64,000 nucleotides of DNA, from assembly GCF_004765795.1 (NCBI RefSeq), contig NZ_SBIV01000001.1:248001-312000 (forward strand), given 5' to 3'. Shown here piece by piece: positions 40,418 to 49,329 of this stretch. Within the stretch, counting starts at the first letter, position 1; each line of letters opens with the position of its first letter. The DNA comes from Halorussus marinus (GTDB lineage: Archaea > Halobacteriota > Halobacteria > Halobacteriales > Haladaptataceae). A model generated the notes under the pieces. That model was not told the origin of the DNA, searched no databases, and saw only the letters and a program-made list of their open reading frames with translations. The translations under genes were made by a program, and so were the position numbers.

Positions 40418-41079
40418 GTCTCCTCACCTCCGAGGTACTCGCGCTCGAACTGATCGCCTGCGTGGTCCCCGCCGGACGCGTCGGGACCGCCACAGCAGTC
40501 TTCGAGCCCGCAGAACGTGTCGGCCTCGCCGCCGGCGTCGGCCGAACGCTCGCCGTCGGCGGCCGCGACCGCCCCGCCGTCGGTGGCGGCCCGGGCGTCG
40601 AGTTCGTCTGCGGCGTACTCGATCGAGCGCACGATGTTCTGATAGCCCGTACACCGACAGAGGTTGCCGCTGATCGCCTCCCGGATCTCGTCTTCTTCCG
40701 GCTCGGGGTTCTCGTCCAACAGCGCCTTGCCGGCCATCAGCATCCCCGGCGTACAGTACCCACACTGTAGGCCGTGTTCCTCCCTGAAGCCTTCCTGAAG
40801 CGGGTGGAGGTCGTCGTCGGCCGCGGGCAGGTCCTCCATCCCCTCGACGGTGAGGATCTCGGCGCCGTCGGCCTGCGTCGCGAACATGAGACAGGACTTG
40901 ATCGGTTCGCCGTCTTTCAACACCGTACAGGCGCCGCAGTTACCGGTGTCGCAACCGATGTGGGTGCCCGTCAGGTCCAGGTCCTCGCGGATCGCGTGGA
41001 CCAGCAGTCGTCGGGGCTCGACCTCGACGGTGTGTTCGGTGCCGTTGACCGTCAGCGTGATCTCGGTTTCGTCAGTCAT
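40414..41079 (-). CDS. coxS: CO dehydrogenase small (2x[2Fe-2S]) subunit
   Basis: [26 protein letters not shown]. Confidence 0.94.
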   Translation of the reverse strand: MTDETEITLTVNGTEHTVEVEPRRLLVHAIREDLDLTGTHIGCDTGNCGACTVLKDGEPIKSCLMFATQADGAEILTVEGMEDLPAADDDLHPLQEGFREEHGLQCGYCTPGMLMAGKALLDENPEPEEDEIREAISGNLCRCTGYQNIVRSIEYAADELDARAATDGGAVAAADGERSADAGGEADTFCGLEDCCGGPDASGGDHAGDQFEREYLGGEET

Positions 41080-41963
41080 TGTGTCACCTTCCGTCTGACC
41101 GCGCCGGCTCGCTCCGCGGCGTCGCCGAGCGCGCGCTGTGCGAGCACGTCTACCATCCGTTCTTTGTAGTCGGCCCCGCCGTGCTCGTCGGACTCGGGGT
41201 TCGACGCTTCTGCGGCGAGCTCGCCGGCGGTCTCGAACAGGTCGGCGCTCGGGCGCTCGCCTTCGAGGTGTTGCTCGGCGTCGGTCGCCTGCGCGTTCGT
41301 GATGTCGACCGCCGTCATGCCGATCCCGGCGGTCTCGATCCGACCGTCGTCGTCGAGCACGAGCCGGGCGCCGACCCCGGCCATCGCGTAGTCGCCGGTC
41401 TTTCGCTTGAGCTTGTGATACGCGCTCCCCTCGCGGGGCTCGGGCGTCGGGATCCGGACCTCGGTGATCAGTTCGTCCTCGCCGAGGGTCGTGTCGTACG
41501 GCAGGAGGAAGAACTCGTCGGCCGGGATGACGCGCTCGCCGTCCGGGCCCTCCGCGACGATCTCGCCCTCGTGGGCGAGCAGGACGCTTCCCCAGTCGCC
41601 TTTCGGGTCGGCTTGGGCGACCGACCCCGCCACCGTCCCGCGATTCCTGATCTGCGGGTCGGCGACGAGCGGCGCCGTGTCGGCGAAGCTCCCGTACCGC
41701 TCGTCGATCAGGTCCGAGTCCTCGACGTCGGCGTGACGAGCCAGCGCCCCGAGCTTCAGATAGCCGTCCTCCTCCCGGAGGTAGTCGAGCGAGTCGATGC
41801 CGTTGATGTCGACGACGACGTCGGGGTTCGCCAGCCGGAACCGGAGCATCGGCACGAGGCTCTGGCCGCCGGCGAGGATCGTCGGATCGTCGAGGCTCTC
41901 TAGCAGGCTCGTCGCCTCGTTTGTCGTCGTCGGCTCGTAGTGTTCGAACGGTGCGGATTTCAT
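41076..41963 (-). CDS. coxM: CO dehydrogenase medium (FAD) subunit
   Basis: [26 protein letters not shown]. Confidence 0.93.
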   Translation of the reverse strand: MKSAPFEHYEPTTTNEATSLLESLDDPTILAGGQSLVPMLRFRLANPDVVVDINGIDSLDYLREEDGYLKLGALARHADVEDSDLIDERYGSFADTAPLVADPQIRNRGTVAGSVAQADPKGDWGSVLLAHEGEIVAEGPDGERVIPADEFFLLPYDTTLGEDELITEVRIPTPEPREGSAYHKLKRKTGDYAMAGVGARLVLDDDGRIETAGIGMTAVDITNAQATDAEQHLEGERPSADLFETAGELAAEASNPESDEHGGADYKERMVDVLAQRALGDAAERAGAVRRKVTQ

Positions 41964-42556
41964 CAGAACATCCCCCGAATCCTGTCGGTGACGCCGGAGT
42001 CGGTCTCCTCGACGTCGGTCATCTCCGACTCGATGGCGCCGAAGAAGTTGTTCACGATCTTGTCGGCGACCGGATTGATGACCCGACCGCCGAGCTGGGC
42101 GATCCGCCCGGAGATGTCGGCCTCGGTCCACCACTCGATCCGGGAGCCGTCGCCGTCTTCGAGCTCGTGGATTCGCATCCCCGAGTCCATGCTGAAACCG
42201 CTGCTGCTGGCCGATCCCGAGCCCGTGGCGGTCATCTCGAACGTCTCGTCGTCGCGGTCTTCGATAGTGACCGTCGTCTCGAACTTCGGTTTCACGCTCC
42301 CGACGCCGACCTGCATCAGCGCCGCGTAGTCCCGGCCGGCCTCGAACGCCCGGTCGGCGACGGCGTCGGCGTCCGCCTCGGGGAGAGTCTCGACGCCCTC
42401 CTCGGCCTCGTAGCTGTCCCACTCGAAGTCGTCGTCCATCGGCGTGATGTACTGACACCCCTTCAGCGCGTCCCGGACCGCGATCGGGTCCGAGAGGACG
42501 ACCCACGCCTTGTCCGGCGGTACGTCTTCGAGCTCGAACTCGCCCTCGAACTCCAT
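41963..42556 (-). CDS. coxG: CoxG (SRPBCC fold) protein
   Basis: LSDP...[20 protein letters not shown]; ggagg SD upstream; stop overlaps the coxM start. Confidence 0.85.
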   Translation of the reverse strand: MEFEGEFELEDVPPDKAWVVLSDPIAVRDALKGCQYITPMDDDFEWDSYEAEEGVETLPEADADAVADRAFEAGRDYAALMQVGVGSVKPKFETTVTIEDRDDETFEMTATGSGSASSSGFSMDSGMRIHELEDGDGSRIEWWTEADISGRIAQLGGRVINPVADKIVNNFFGAIESEMTDVEETDSGVTDRIRGMF

Positions 42557-42599
42557 CAGCGATCGCCTCCGTTCGGTCGCGTCGATCGATCGCTCGACA

Positions 42600-42690
42600 C
42601 CGTCATCTTTTATACCCCGCCACTATGAGCATACTATTACCACGCCATATGCTATGCCGTACCACCGTAATAAAGTTACTGAAAAACGAG
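42600..42690. promoter_or_regulatory. AT-rich divergent promoter region for the cox operon and moeA-mocA
   Basis: TATA-like ctttttatac at about 42607-42615; agcata/tatgct inverted repeat; taccac direct repeats 22 bp apart. Confidence 0.55.
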
Positions 42691-42730
42691 GATAGATACC
42701 CGACGGGACCGCGACTGGAGGGGACGAAGC

Positions 42731-43948
42731 GTGACTGACGGCCACGATCACGGCGAGATGCGCACTTGGGAGGCGGGCGCGGCGGCGGTCGCCGATCTCC
42801 GGGAACGACGACTCGATCGCCGCGGGATCGAGACGGTCGGCCTCGCCGAGATCGCCGGACGGGACCTCGCCGAACCGATCGACGCGCCCGCGGACGTGCC
42901 GGCTCGGAGTCACGCGACGATGGACGGCTACGCGTTCGACGCCGCGGAGGAGTACCCGTACGACCTCGTCGACGAGCCGGTGTTCCCGGACGACGAACCG
43001 CCGTCGCTGGCCGCCGGCGAGGCGGTCCGGATCTTCACGGGGGCGCCGCTCCCGCCGTCGGCGAACGCGGTGCTGAAACAGGAGGAAGCGACCGTCGAGG
43101 ACGGCCGGCTGTCGGGCTCGCCCACGACGCCCGGCACCTACGTCTACGAGCGGGCGAGCAACGTCACCGAAGGCGAGCGGCTGTTCGAGGCCGGCGAACG
43201 GCTCGGCCCGAAAGACGCGCTGTTGCTCGGGGACCTCGGCATCGACGAGGTACCCGTCCGCGAGCCCCTCTCGGTCGGCCTGCTGGCGACCGGGACCGAG
43301 ATCCACGAGGGCAAACACCGGGATCTGGACTCGCCGATGCTCGCCGGACTCGTCCGGGCGTGGGGCCACGAGGCGACCTACGAGGGGACGGTCCCCGACG
43401 ACTTCGAGCGCGTTCGGGACCGAATCGCCGAGGTCGCGGCCGACCACGACGTGGTGATGACGACCGGCGGGACGAGCGTCGGCGAGGCCGACTACGTCGT
43501 CCGCGCGCTTGCGGACGTGGGCGAGGTGTGCTTTCACCGCGTCCGGCTCCGACCCGGCAAGCCGATCGCGGTCGCAGAACTCCCCGACGCCGTCGCGTTC
43601 GCCGTCCCGGGCAAGCCGGTGGGCGCCCACGCGGTCACGTCGCTGGTCGCCCGGCCGTACTTCACCGGGAGTACGAGCCTCCCCAGCGTCGGCGCGACGA
43701 TGGCGGCCGACGTCGGCATCTCGGTTCCGGGGTTCGCGTACGCCGTGCCGGTCACTCTCGACGACGGGACGGCGACGCCGCTCGGACACGCCGACTCGTC
43801 GCTCGCCGTCTACGAGGACACGTTCGACCCGAGCGTCCTCTCGTCGAGCACGCGCGCGACCCGGGCCGACGGCTTCGTCCTCACCGAGGACGCGCTCGAC
43901 GCGGGCGAACGGGTCGAGGTCGTCCCGTACCCGGTCGTCGAGCGATGA
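42731..43948 (+). CDS. moeA: Molybdopterin molybdenumtransferase MoeA
   Basis: ATMDGYA, IFTGAPLP, ATGTEI, TTGGTSVG, RPGKP, PGKP. Confidence 0.92.
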   Translation: MTDGHDHGEMRTWEAGAAAVADLRERRLDRRGIETVGLAEIAGRDLAEPIDAPADVPARSHATMDGYAFDAAEEYPYDLVDEPVFPDDEPPSLAAGEAVRIFTGAPLPPSANAVLKQEEATVEDGRLSGSPTTPGTYVYERASNVTEGERLFEAGERLGPKDALLLGDLGIDEVPVREPLSVGLLATGTEIHEGKHRDLDSPMLAGLVRAWGHEATYEGTVPDDFERVRDRIAEVAADHDVVMTTGGTSVGEADYVVRALADVGEVCFHRVRLRPGKPIAVAELPDAVAFAVPGKPVGAHAVTSLVARPYFTGSTSLPSVGATMAADVGISVPGFAYAVPVTLDDGTATPLGHADSSLAVYEDTFDPSVLSSSTRATRADGFVLTEDALDAGERVEVVPYPVVER

Positions 43949-44622
43949 CCGACGCGGGCTCGGGGGACCGTCGGCTCCCGCTGGTCGAACCCCCGTTCGA
44001 GGACCCGGCAGACGCCGACGCCCCCGACTCGCCCCGGGTCGGCGGCGTCGTCCTCGCAGGGGGGACGAGCAGTCGGTACGGCGACCGGAACAAACTGCTG
44101 GCGACCGTCGACGGCGACCCGATCGTCGCCCGCGCGGCGGCCACGCTCGTCGAGGCGGAGCTCGACCCGGTGGTTGTCGTCACCGGCCACGAACGAGACC
44201 GAGTCCGGGCCGCCGTCTCGGACGTCCCGGTCGAGACGGTTCACAACCCGGCCTACGAGGACGGGCAGGCGTCGTCGGTCCGGACCGGCGTGGCGGCGAT
44301 CCGCGAGCGGGCCGACGTCGACGCCGCAGTCGTCGCGCTGGGCGACATGCCGTTCGTCGATCCGGCGACGGTCCGGACGCTCGCGGCCGCGTACGCCGCT
44401 GGCGCGGGCGATGCGCTCGCGGCCGCGTACCGCGGCGAACGCGGAAATCCGGTGCTGTTCGACCGACGGTTCTTCGATCCGCTGACCGACGTCACGGGCG
44501 ATGTCGGGGGTCGAGAGATCCTACTAGAGGGCGAGGCGAGCGCGCTCGTGGCCGTCGAGGACCCCGGCGTTCGCCGGGACGTCGACGAACCGACCGACCT
44601 CGCGGGCGACGACGTCGCGTGA
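43945..44622 (+). CDS. mocA: Molybdenum cofactor cytidylyltransferase (MocA-like)
   Basis: LAGGTSSRYG, NKLL, GQASS, LGDMP, RGNPVLF, GDVGGR, DVD; context of an MCD-dependent enzyme. Confidence 0.85.
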   Translation: MTDAGSGDRRLPLVEPPFEDPADADAPDSPRVGGVVLAGGTSSRYGDRNKLLATVDGDPIVARAAATLVEAELDPVVVVTGHERDRVRAAVSDVPVETVHNPAYEDGQASSVRTGVAAIRERADVDAAVVALGDMPFVDPATVRTLAAAYAAGAGDALAAAYRGERGNPVLFDRRFFDPLTDVTGDVGGREILLEGEASALVAVEDPGVRRDVDEPTDLAGDDVA

Positions 44623-44634
44623 GCGACCGGTCGC

Positions 44635-44790
44635 TCACTCGTCGCGCTCGGCTTTCCGGACGACGATGTTCCCGCTCTCGACGTGCCACTCGACGCGGTC
44701 GCCGACACCGACGTCGAGGAAGTTCCGGACCGGCTTCGGCACCGTCGTGAGGTTCTTCTCCGAGACCTTGGTGTCGGTGAGGTTACCCAT
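44635..44790 (-). CDS. AbrB/MazE/SpoVT family DNA-binding protein
   Basis: TKVSEKNLTTVPKPVRNFLDVGVGDRVEW swapped-hairpin signature. Confidence 0.85.
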   Translation of the reverse strand: MGNLTDTKVSEKNLTTVPKPVRNFLDVGVGDRVEWHVESGNIVVRKAERDE

Positions 44791-44907
44791 CAGGGCCACG
44801 TTCGATCGTAGTGTACACATAGCTTTCGCTATGTCAGCTCCTAGTTTCGGGGACTCCGCTCCGGCGCCCGCCGGGACGGCTTCGGCGGGTGAACGTAACA
44901 AGCGGGC

Positions 44908-45201
44908 TCAGACCGCCGAGTTCCACCGGTGGGCGCCGCCGTCCGACGCCCGCTCGAAATCGAGGTCGAAGCGGTCGGATTCGAGCAACACCGGCCCCGG
45001 GACGTACGCGTCCTCGGCGCCGTCGACCGCCCGCAGGAGTCGGCGGTCGCACATCTTCGCCAGTACGTCCCGGACCGTCCGCTCGCGGCCCGCCACCAAA
45101 TTGGCTTCCTCGACCACGCTCTCGACGTCGACGCGCCCTTCCAACATCGCGAGCCGGATCGCGGACACCCACGCCGGCTCGCGCTTCGTCTCCCGACACA
45201 T
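44908..45201 (-). CDS. Small hypothetical protein, probably winged-helix
   Basis: ERTVRDVLAKM...AYVPGP HTH-like pattern; TATA-like cttatac upstream on the minus strand. Confidence 0.55.
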   Translation of the reverse strand: MCRETKREPAWVSAIRLAMLEGRVDVESVVEEANLVAGRERTVRDVLAKMCDRRLLRAVDGAEDAYVPGPVLLESDRFDLDFERASDGGAHRWNSAV

Positions 45202-45428
45202 CGGTATGTTACGTCACAGCGGTCGATCGTATAAGTGTTTACGGCGCCGGACCCCGAGCCAGTCGAACGGTGGGCGATCCGGAGGCCGTCGAGTCAGGCG
45301 GGACTTGGCCACCGTCGAGCGATTTCCGCACGCGGGCTCGGTCCCGCGCGGTCGGCCGGGAGGCGCCGTCGCGGCCGGAACCCTCAAGACCCAAATCCCT
45401 TTCAAGACCCGAACCAAAGACTCCCCCA

Positions 45429-46358
45429 ATGGCGAAGTGTGACGCGTGCGGCGAGCACGAAAACATGCCGTACGAGTGTCGGCGCTGTGGCGGCACCTAC
45501 TGTTCGGACCATCGCCTCCCCGAGAGCCACGACTGCCCCGGGCTCAACGAATGGAACGACCCGAAGGGCGTGTTCGACAGCGGGTTCGACGACAGCGTGA
45601 ACGACCCCGGCGGGTCGGGCGGCGTCGCCGACCGCATCGGCATCGACACCGGTCCCGGCGGGCCGCTGGGCTACTTCCGCGGGAACATGACCTACGTGTT
45701 CCTCGCGGCGATGGTGCTGTGGTTCCCCGTCCAGTACGTGCTCCCGCCGCTGGTCGGGGTGGCGGTCGGCTCTCAGACGTGGTACGACGTCTTCACCCTC
45801 AACACCGAGAACGTGTTCTACGTCTGGACGTGGCTCACCTCGACGTTCTCCCACGGCGGCGTCGGCCACCTGTTCGTGAACGGGCTGGTGCTTTACTTCT
45901 TCGGCCCGGTCGTCGAGCGCCGACTCGGGAGCCGGAAGTTCGCCGCGCTGTTCCTGATCTCGGGCGCGGCGGCGGGGCTCGCACAGGTCGGGGTGTCGCT
46001 CGCGATGGGCGACACCGCGGCGGTGCTGGGCGCCAGCGGCGCGATCGCGGCCGTCATGGGCGTGCTCACCGTTCTGAACCCCAACCTCACGATATACCTC
46101 TACTTCGTCATCCCGATGCCGCTCTGGCTGGCGACCACGCTGTTCGTCGGCTACTCGGCGTTCGTGAGCGCGGCCGGCGGCATCGGCGCCGGCGGGGTCG
46201 CGCAGGTGGCCCACCTCGCGGGCGTCGCGATCGGGCTCGCCTACGGCGCGAAGCTCAAACGCGAGGGCGAGCGCGCCCCACAGGAGATCCAGCTCGGCGG
46301 TGGCGGCGGCCCCGGTCGCGGCCCCGGCGGTCCGGGCGGTCCCGGCGGTCGGTTCTAA
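45429..46358 (+). CDS. Rhomboid protease with N-terminal AN1-type Zn finger
   Basis: CDACG...CRRCG...HRLPESHDC; GASG catalytic Ser; AHLAG His. Confidence 0.93.
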   Translation: MAKCDACGEHENMPYECRRCGGTYCSDHRLPESHDCPGLNEWNDPKGVFDSGFDDSVNDPGGSGGVADRIGIDTGPGGPLGYFRGNMTYVFLAAMVLWFPVQYVLPPLVGVAVGSQTWYDVFTLNTENVFYVWTWLTSTFSHGGVGHLFVNGLVLYFFGPVVERRLGSRKFAALFLISGAAAGLAQVGVSLAMGDTAAVLGASGAIAAVMGVLTVLNPNLTIYLYFVIPMPLWLATTLFVGYSAFVSAAGGIGAGGVAQVAHLAGVAIGLAYGAKLKREGERAPQEIQLGGGGGPGRGPGGPGGPGGRF

Positions 46359-46383
46359 CTACTCTCGGCTCCTCGGCTCTCTC

Positions 46384-47244
46384 ATGACGCCAGTCAACCC
46401 CGAGTTCGTCCCCGACGCGTCGCTCTCCCGGGAGGCGATGGAACGGCTCCAGCGCGAGATCGCCGACGCCGCGACGTTCGCCGACGACCTCGCGTTCGCC
46501 CCGGCGGCGATCGCGGCCGAGACCACCGCGCCCGACCAGACCGAACTCGCCGACGCGGGCGAGAACAGGGACGACGGCGCGGGCGAGTCCCGCGACGCCT
46601 CCCCGGATCCGCCCGTCGTCGCCGGCGTCGATCAGGCGTTCGTCGACGATCGGGCGGTGAGCGCGATCGTCGCCTCGAGGGGCGGGGAGGTGATCGAACG
46701 GGTCCACGCGGTCGCGCCAACCGAACTCCCCTACATCCCGGGACTGCTCTCGTTTCGGGAGGGCGGGGCGATCCTCGCGGCCTTCGAGGCGCTGTCGGTC
46801 GAACCGGACCTCGCGGTTGTCGACGGGAGCGGGCGCATCCACTTCCGGGAGGCCGGCATCGCCACCCACGTCGGCGTGACCCTCGATCTGCCCGCGGTCG
46901 GAGTCGCGAAGAGCCTGCTCTGTGGCCGACCGCGCGAACCCCTCGACGACCCTCTCCCGGAGGGCCGGCGAGTCCCGATCGAGGCCGACGACAGCGTCAC
47001 CGCGCCCCGGGGAACGATCATCGGCCACGCCTACCAGTCCCGACAGTACCCGAACCCGGAGACGCGCCACGTCAACCCCCTGTACGTCAGCCCGGGCCAC
47101 CGCGTCGGCGCCGAGACGGCGACCGACCTCGTCGCGGCGCTCTGTGCGGGCTACAAGCTCCCCGAGCCCACCCGCCGGGCCGACGCCTACGCCGACGAGG
47201 TGAAAGCGTCGGTCCGCGCGGAGATCGAAAGCGAGGAGAGTTAA
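46384..47244 (+). CDS. nfi: Endonuclease V
   Basis: GVD, PYIPGLLSFRE, VDGSGRIH, GVAKS, SPGHR, PEPTRRAD. Confidence 0.95.
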   Translation: MTPVNPEFVPDASLSREAMERLQREIADAATFADDLAFAPAAIAAETTAPDQTELADAGENRDDGAGESRDASPDPPVVAGVDQAFVDDRAVSAIVASRGGEVIERVHAVAPTELPYIPGLLSFREGGAILAAFEALSVEPDLAVVDGSGRIHFREAGIATHVGVTLDLPAVGVAKSLLCGRPREPLDDPLPEGRRVPIEADDSVTAPRGTIIGHAYQSRQYPNPETRHVNPLYVSPGHRVGAETATDLVAALCAGYKLPEPTRRADAYADEVKASVRAEIESEES

Positions 47245-47269
47245 CTGTCCGCGCCTCGACAGTGGACCT

Positions 47270-48112
47270 GTGACCGAAACAGTTCTGATCACCGGCTGTT
47301 CGTCGGGTATCGGCCGCGAAACCGCACACGCGTTCCTCGAAGACGGCTGGGACGTGTACGCGACCGCGAGAAATCCGGCCGACATCGAAACGCTCGGCGA
47401 GGCGGGCTGTAACGTCGCCAGCCTCGACGTGACCGAGCCCGACGAGATCGAGCGGGTCGTCGACCGGATCGTCGACGAGGCGGGCCGCATCGACTGTCTG
47501 GTCAACAACGCCGGCTACGCCCAGCTCGGCCCGATCGAGGACGTCCCGACCGAGAGCGTCGAGCGCCAGTTCGACGTGAACGTGTTCGGCCCCCACCGGC
47601 TCGTTCGGGAAGTGTTGCCCCACATGCGCGAGCGACACGCCGGCCGCATCATCAACGTCTCCAGCGTCGCGGGGCGGCTCTCGGTGCCTGGCATGGGCGT
47701 CTACTCCGGGTCGAAGTTCGCGATGGAGGGGCTGACCGACGCGCTCCGGCCCGAGGTCGCCGAGTACGGCATCGACGCGGTACTGGTCGAGCCCGGCCCG
47801 GTCGACACCGCCTTCGTCGAGCGCGCCGCCTCGGAGATCGAGGGGCTCGACCGGTCGGGCGCCTACGACTCCCTCTACGCGATCCTCGACGACTCGCAGG
47901 CGGTCGGCGGCGGCGGTCCCGGCGCCATCCACCCCCGGGAGGTCGCGAACACGATCCTCGACGCCGCGAACGTCACCGACCCCGCGGCCCGCTACCCCGT
48001 CGGGCGCGCCGCGAAGCTGTCGGTGCTGGCGCGGTTCGTCCCGGCGTCGCTCCGGGACAAACTCTACGGGCTGGCGACGTCGGTGATCGCGAAGAATCCG
48101 CTGGGCGACTGA
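47270..48112 (+). CDS. Short-chain dehydrogenase/reductase
   Basis: TGCSSGIG, NNAG, YSGSK. Confidence 0.93.
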   Translation: MTETVLITGCSSGIGRETAHAFLEDGWDVYATARNPADIETLGEAGCNVASLDVTEPDEIERVVDRIVDEAGRIDCLVNNAGYAQLGPIEDVPTESVERQFDVNVFGPHRLVREVLPHMRERHAGRIINVSSVAGRLSVPGMGVYSGSKFAMEGLTDALRPEVAEYGIDAVLVEPGPVDTAFVERAASEIEGLDRSGAYDSLYAILDDSQAVGGGGPGAIHPREVANTILDAANVTDPAARYPVGRAAKLSVLARFVPASLRDKLYGLATSVIAKNPLGD

Positions 48113-48115
48113 GAG

Positions 48116-49288
48116 TCAGTCGAGACACGCCGCAACGAGCCCGAGCATCTCTTCGCCCCGGACCTCGTCGGCCAGCAGGGGCACGCGCTTGACGTCGTGG
48201 CCCCGGAACACCTCCTGGGCCGCCGCGAGCGCGTCCTGCTGGACCTCCCACCGGCGCTGGCAGAACTCGCAGGTGTCGAGGTTCGGCGAGACGAACGCCG
48301 CCGAGTCCAAGCCCGCCGAGGCGCCGTCGGACTCGGTCTGACTAGCGTTCGAGCGTGGCTCGACCACGTCGGTCAGGTCCTCCATCACCTTGTTGACCAC
48401 CACGGTGCCGACCGGCACCCCGAACTCCCGGAGCTGGCCGAGCAGTCGCTCGGACTCGAGGACGCTCATCTCCTCGGGCACCATCACGACCCGGAAGTCG
48501 GTCTGGGCCGGGTCCCGCAGGGTCGATCGGAGGCGCTCGACGCGCTCGCTGAGCGCTTCGAGGTCGTCGAGACCCTGCTCGGGGTCGACCTCCTCGGCGC
48601 CGAACATCCCCTTCATCCCCTCGATCATCCCCTCGAAGCGCTGTTTGAGCTTCATGATGCGTCCGACCATCGTGTCCATCAGCTCCGGGAGTTCGAGCAG
48701 GCGGAGGGTGTGGCCGGTCGGCGCGGTGTCGACGATCACGCGCTCGAACCGGTCGTCGTCCATGAACTCCAGCAGTTTCTGCATCGCGGCGGCCTCGTCG
48801 GCGCCGGGCATCGGCCCGCCGAGCAGCGCGTCCAGCGGATTCTCGTCGCCGAGCAGGCCGCCGAGCCCGCCCGCCGGGCCGCCGGGACCGCCGGCGTCGC
48901 CCCCGAAGTCGCCGGCCGACTCGTCGGTTCCCGGGCCGCCGGCGCCGCCCGGGGTCGGGCCGCCGGCGGTGCCCATCAGCCCCTTGCCTTCGGCCATCGC
49001 CTCGTCGGGGTCGATCTCGGCGGCGTACAGCGGCACGTCCTCCCGGATGCGCTCGGGGTCGGCCGGAATCGCGGTCTCGTAGGTGTCCGACAGCGAGTGG
49101 GCGGGGTCGGTCGAGACCACCAGCGTCGAGGTGCCGTCCCGGGCGCTCGCCAGCCCCGTCGCGGCCGCCATGGTGGTCTTGCCGACGCCGCCCTTCCCGC
49201 CGTAGAGGACGTACTCGGGGGCGTCGACGCCGGCGGGCACGCCGGCCTCGTCGATGCGGTCGACCGGCTCCACGTCGAGTTCGGTCAT
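48116..49288 (-). CDS. ArsA/GET3-family ATPase (single domain)
   Basis: GKGGVGKTT, STDPAH, DTAPTGH, CEFC. Confidence 0.92.
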   Translation of the reverse strand: MTELDVEPVDRIDEAGVPAGVDAPEYVLYGGKGGVGKTTMAAATGLASARDGTSTLVVSTDPAHSLSDTYETAIPADPERIREDVPLYAAEIDPDEAMAEGKGLMGTAGGPTPGGAGGPGTDESAGDFGGDAGGPGGPAGGLGGLLGDENPLDALLGGPMPGADEAAAMQKLLEFMDDDRFERVIVDTAPTGHTLRLLELPELMDTMVGRIMKLKQRFEGMIEGMKGMFGAEEVDPEQGLDDLEALSERVERLRSTLRDPAQTDFRVVMVPEEMSVLESERLLGQLREFGVPVGTVVVNKVMEDLTDVVEPRSNASQTESDGASAGLDSAAFVSPNLDTCEFCQRRWEVQQDALAAAQEVFRGHDVKRVPLLADEVRGEEMLGLVAACLD

Positions 49289-49329
49289 GTGTGGGGGTTG
49301 GCGCCGGGGCTTGTGTACCCGTCGGTCTC

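Noticed and set aside
44635..44790. Toxin-antitoxin pair
   Set aside because: No PIN/MazF/RelE toxin gene is adjacent
48116..49288. Arsenic-resistance ArsA
   Set aside because: Single ATPase domain with a CxxC and Met-rich insert, and no arsB/acr3/arsD/arsR nearby; more GET3-like
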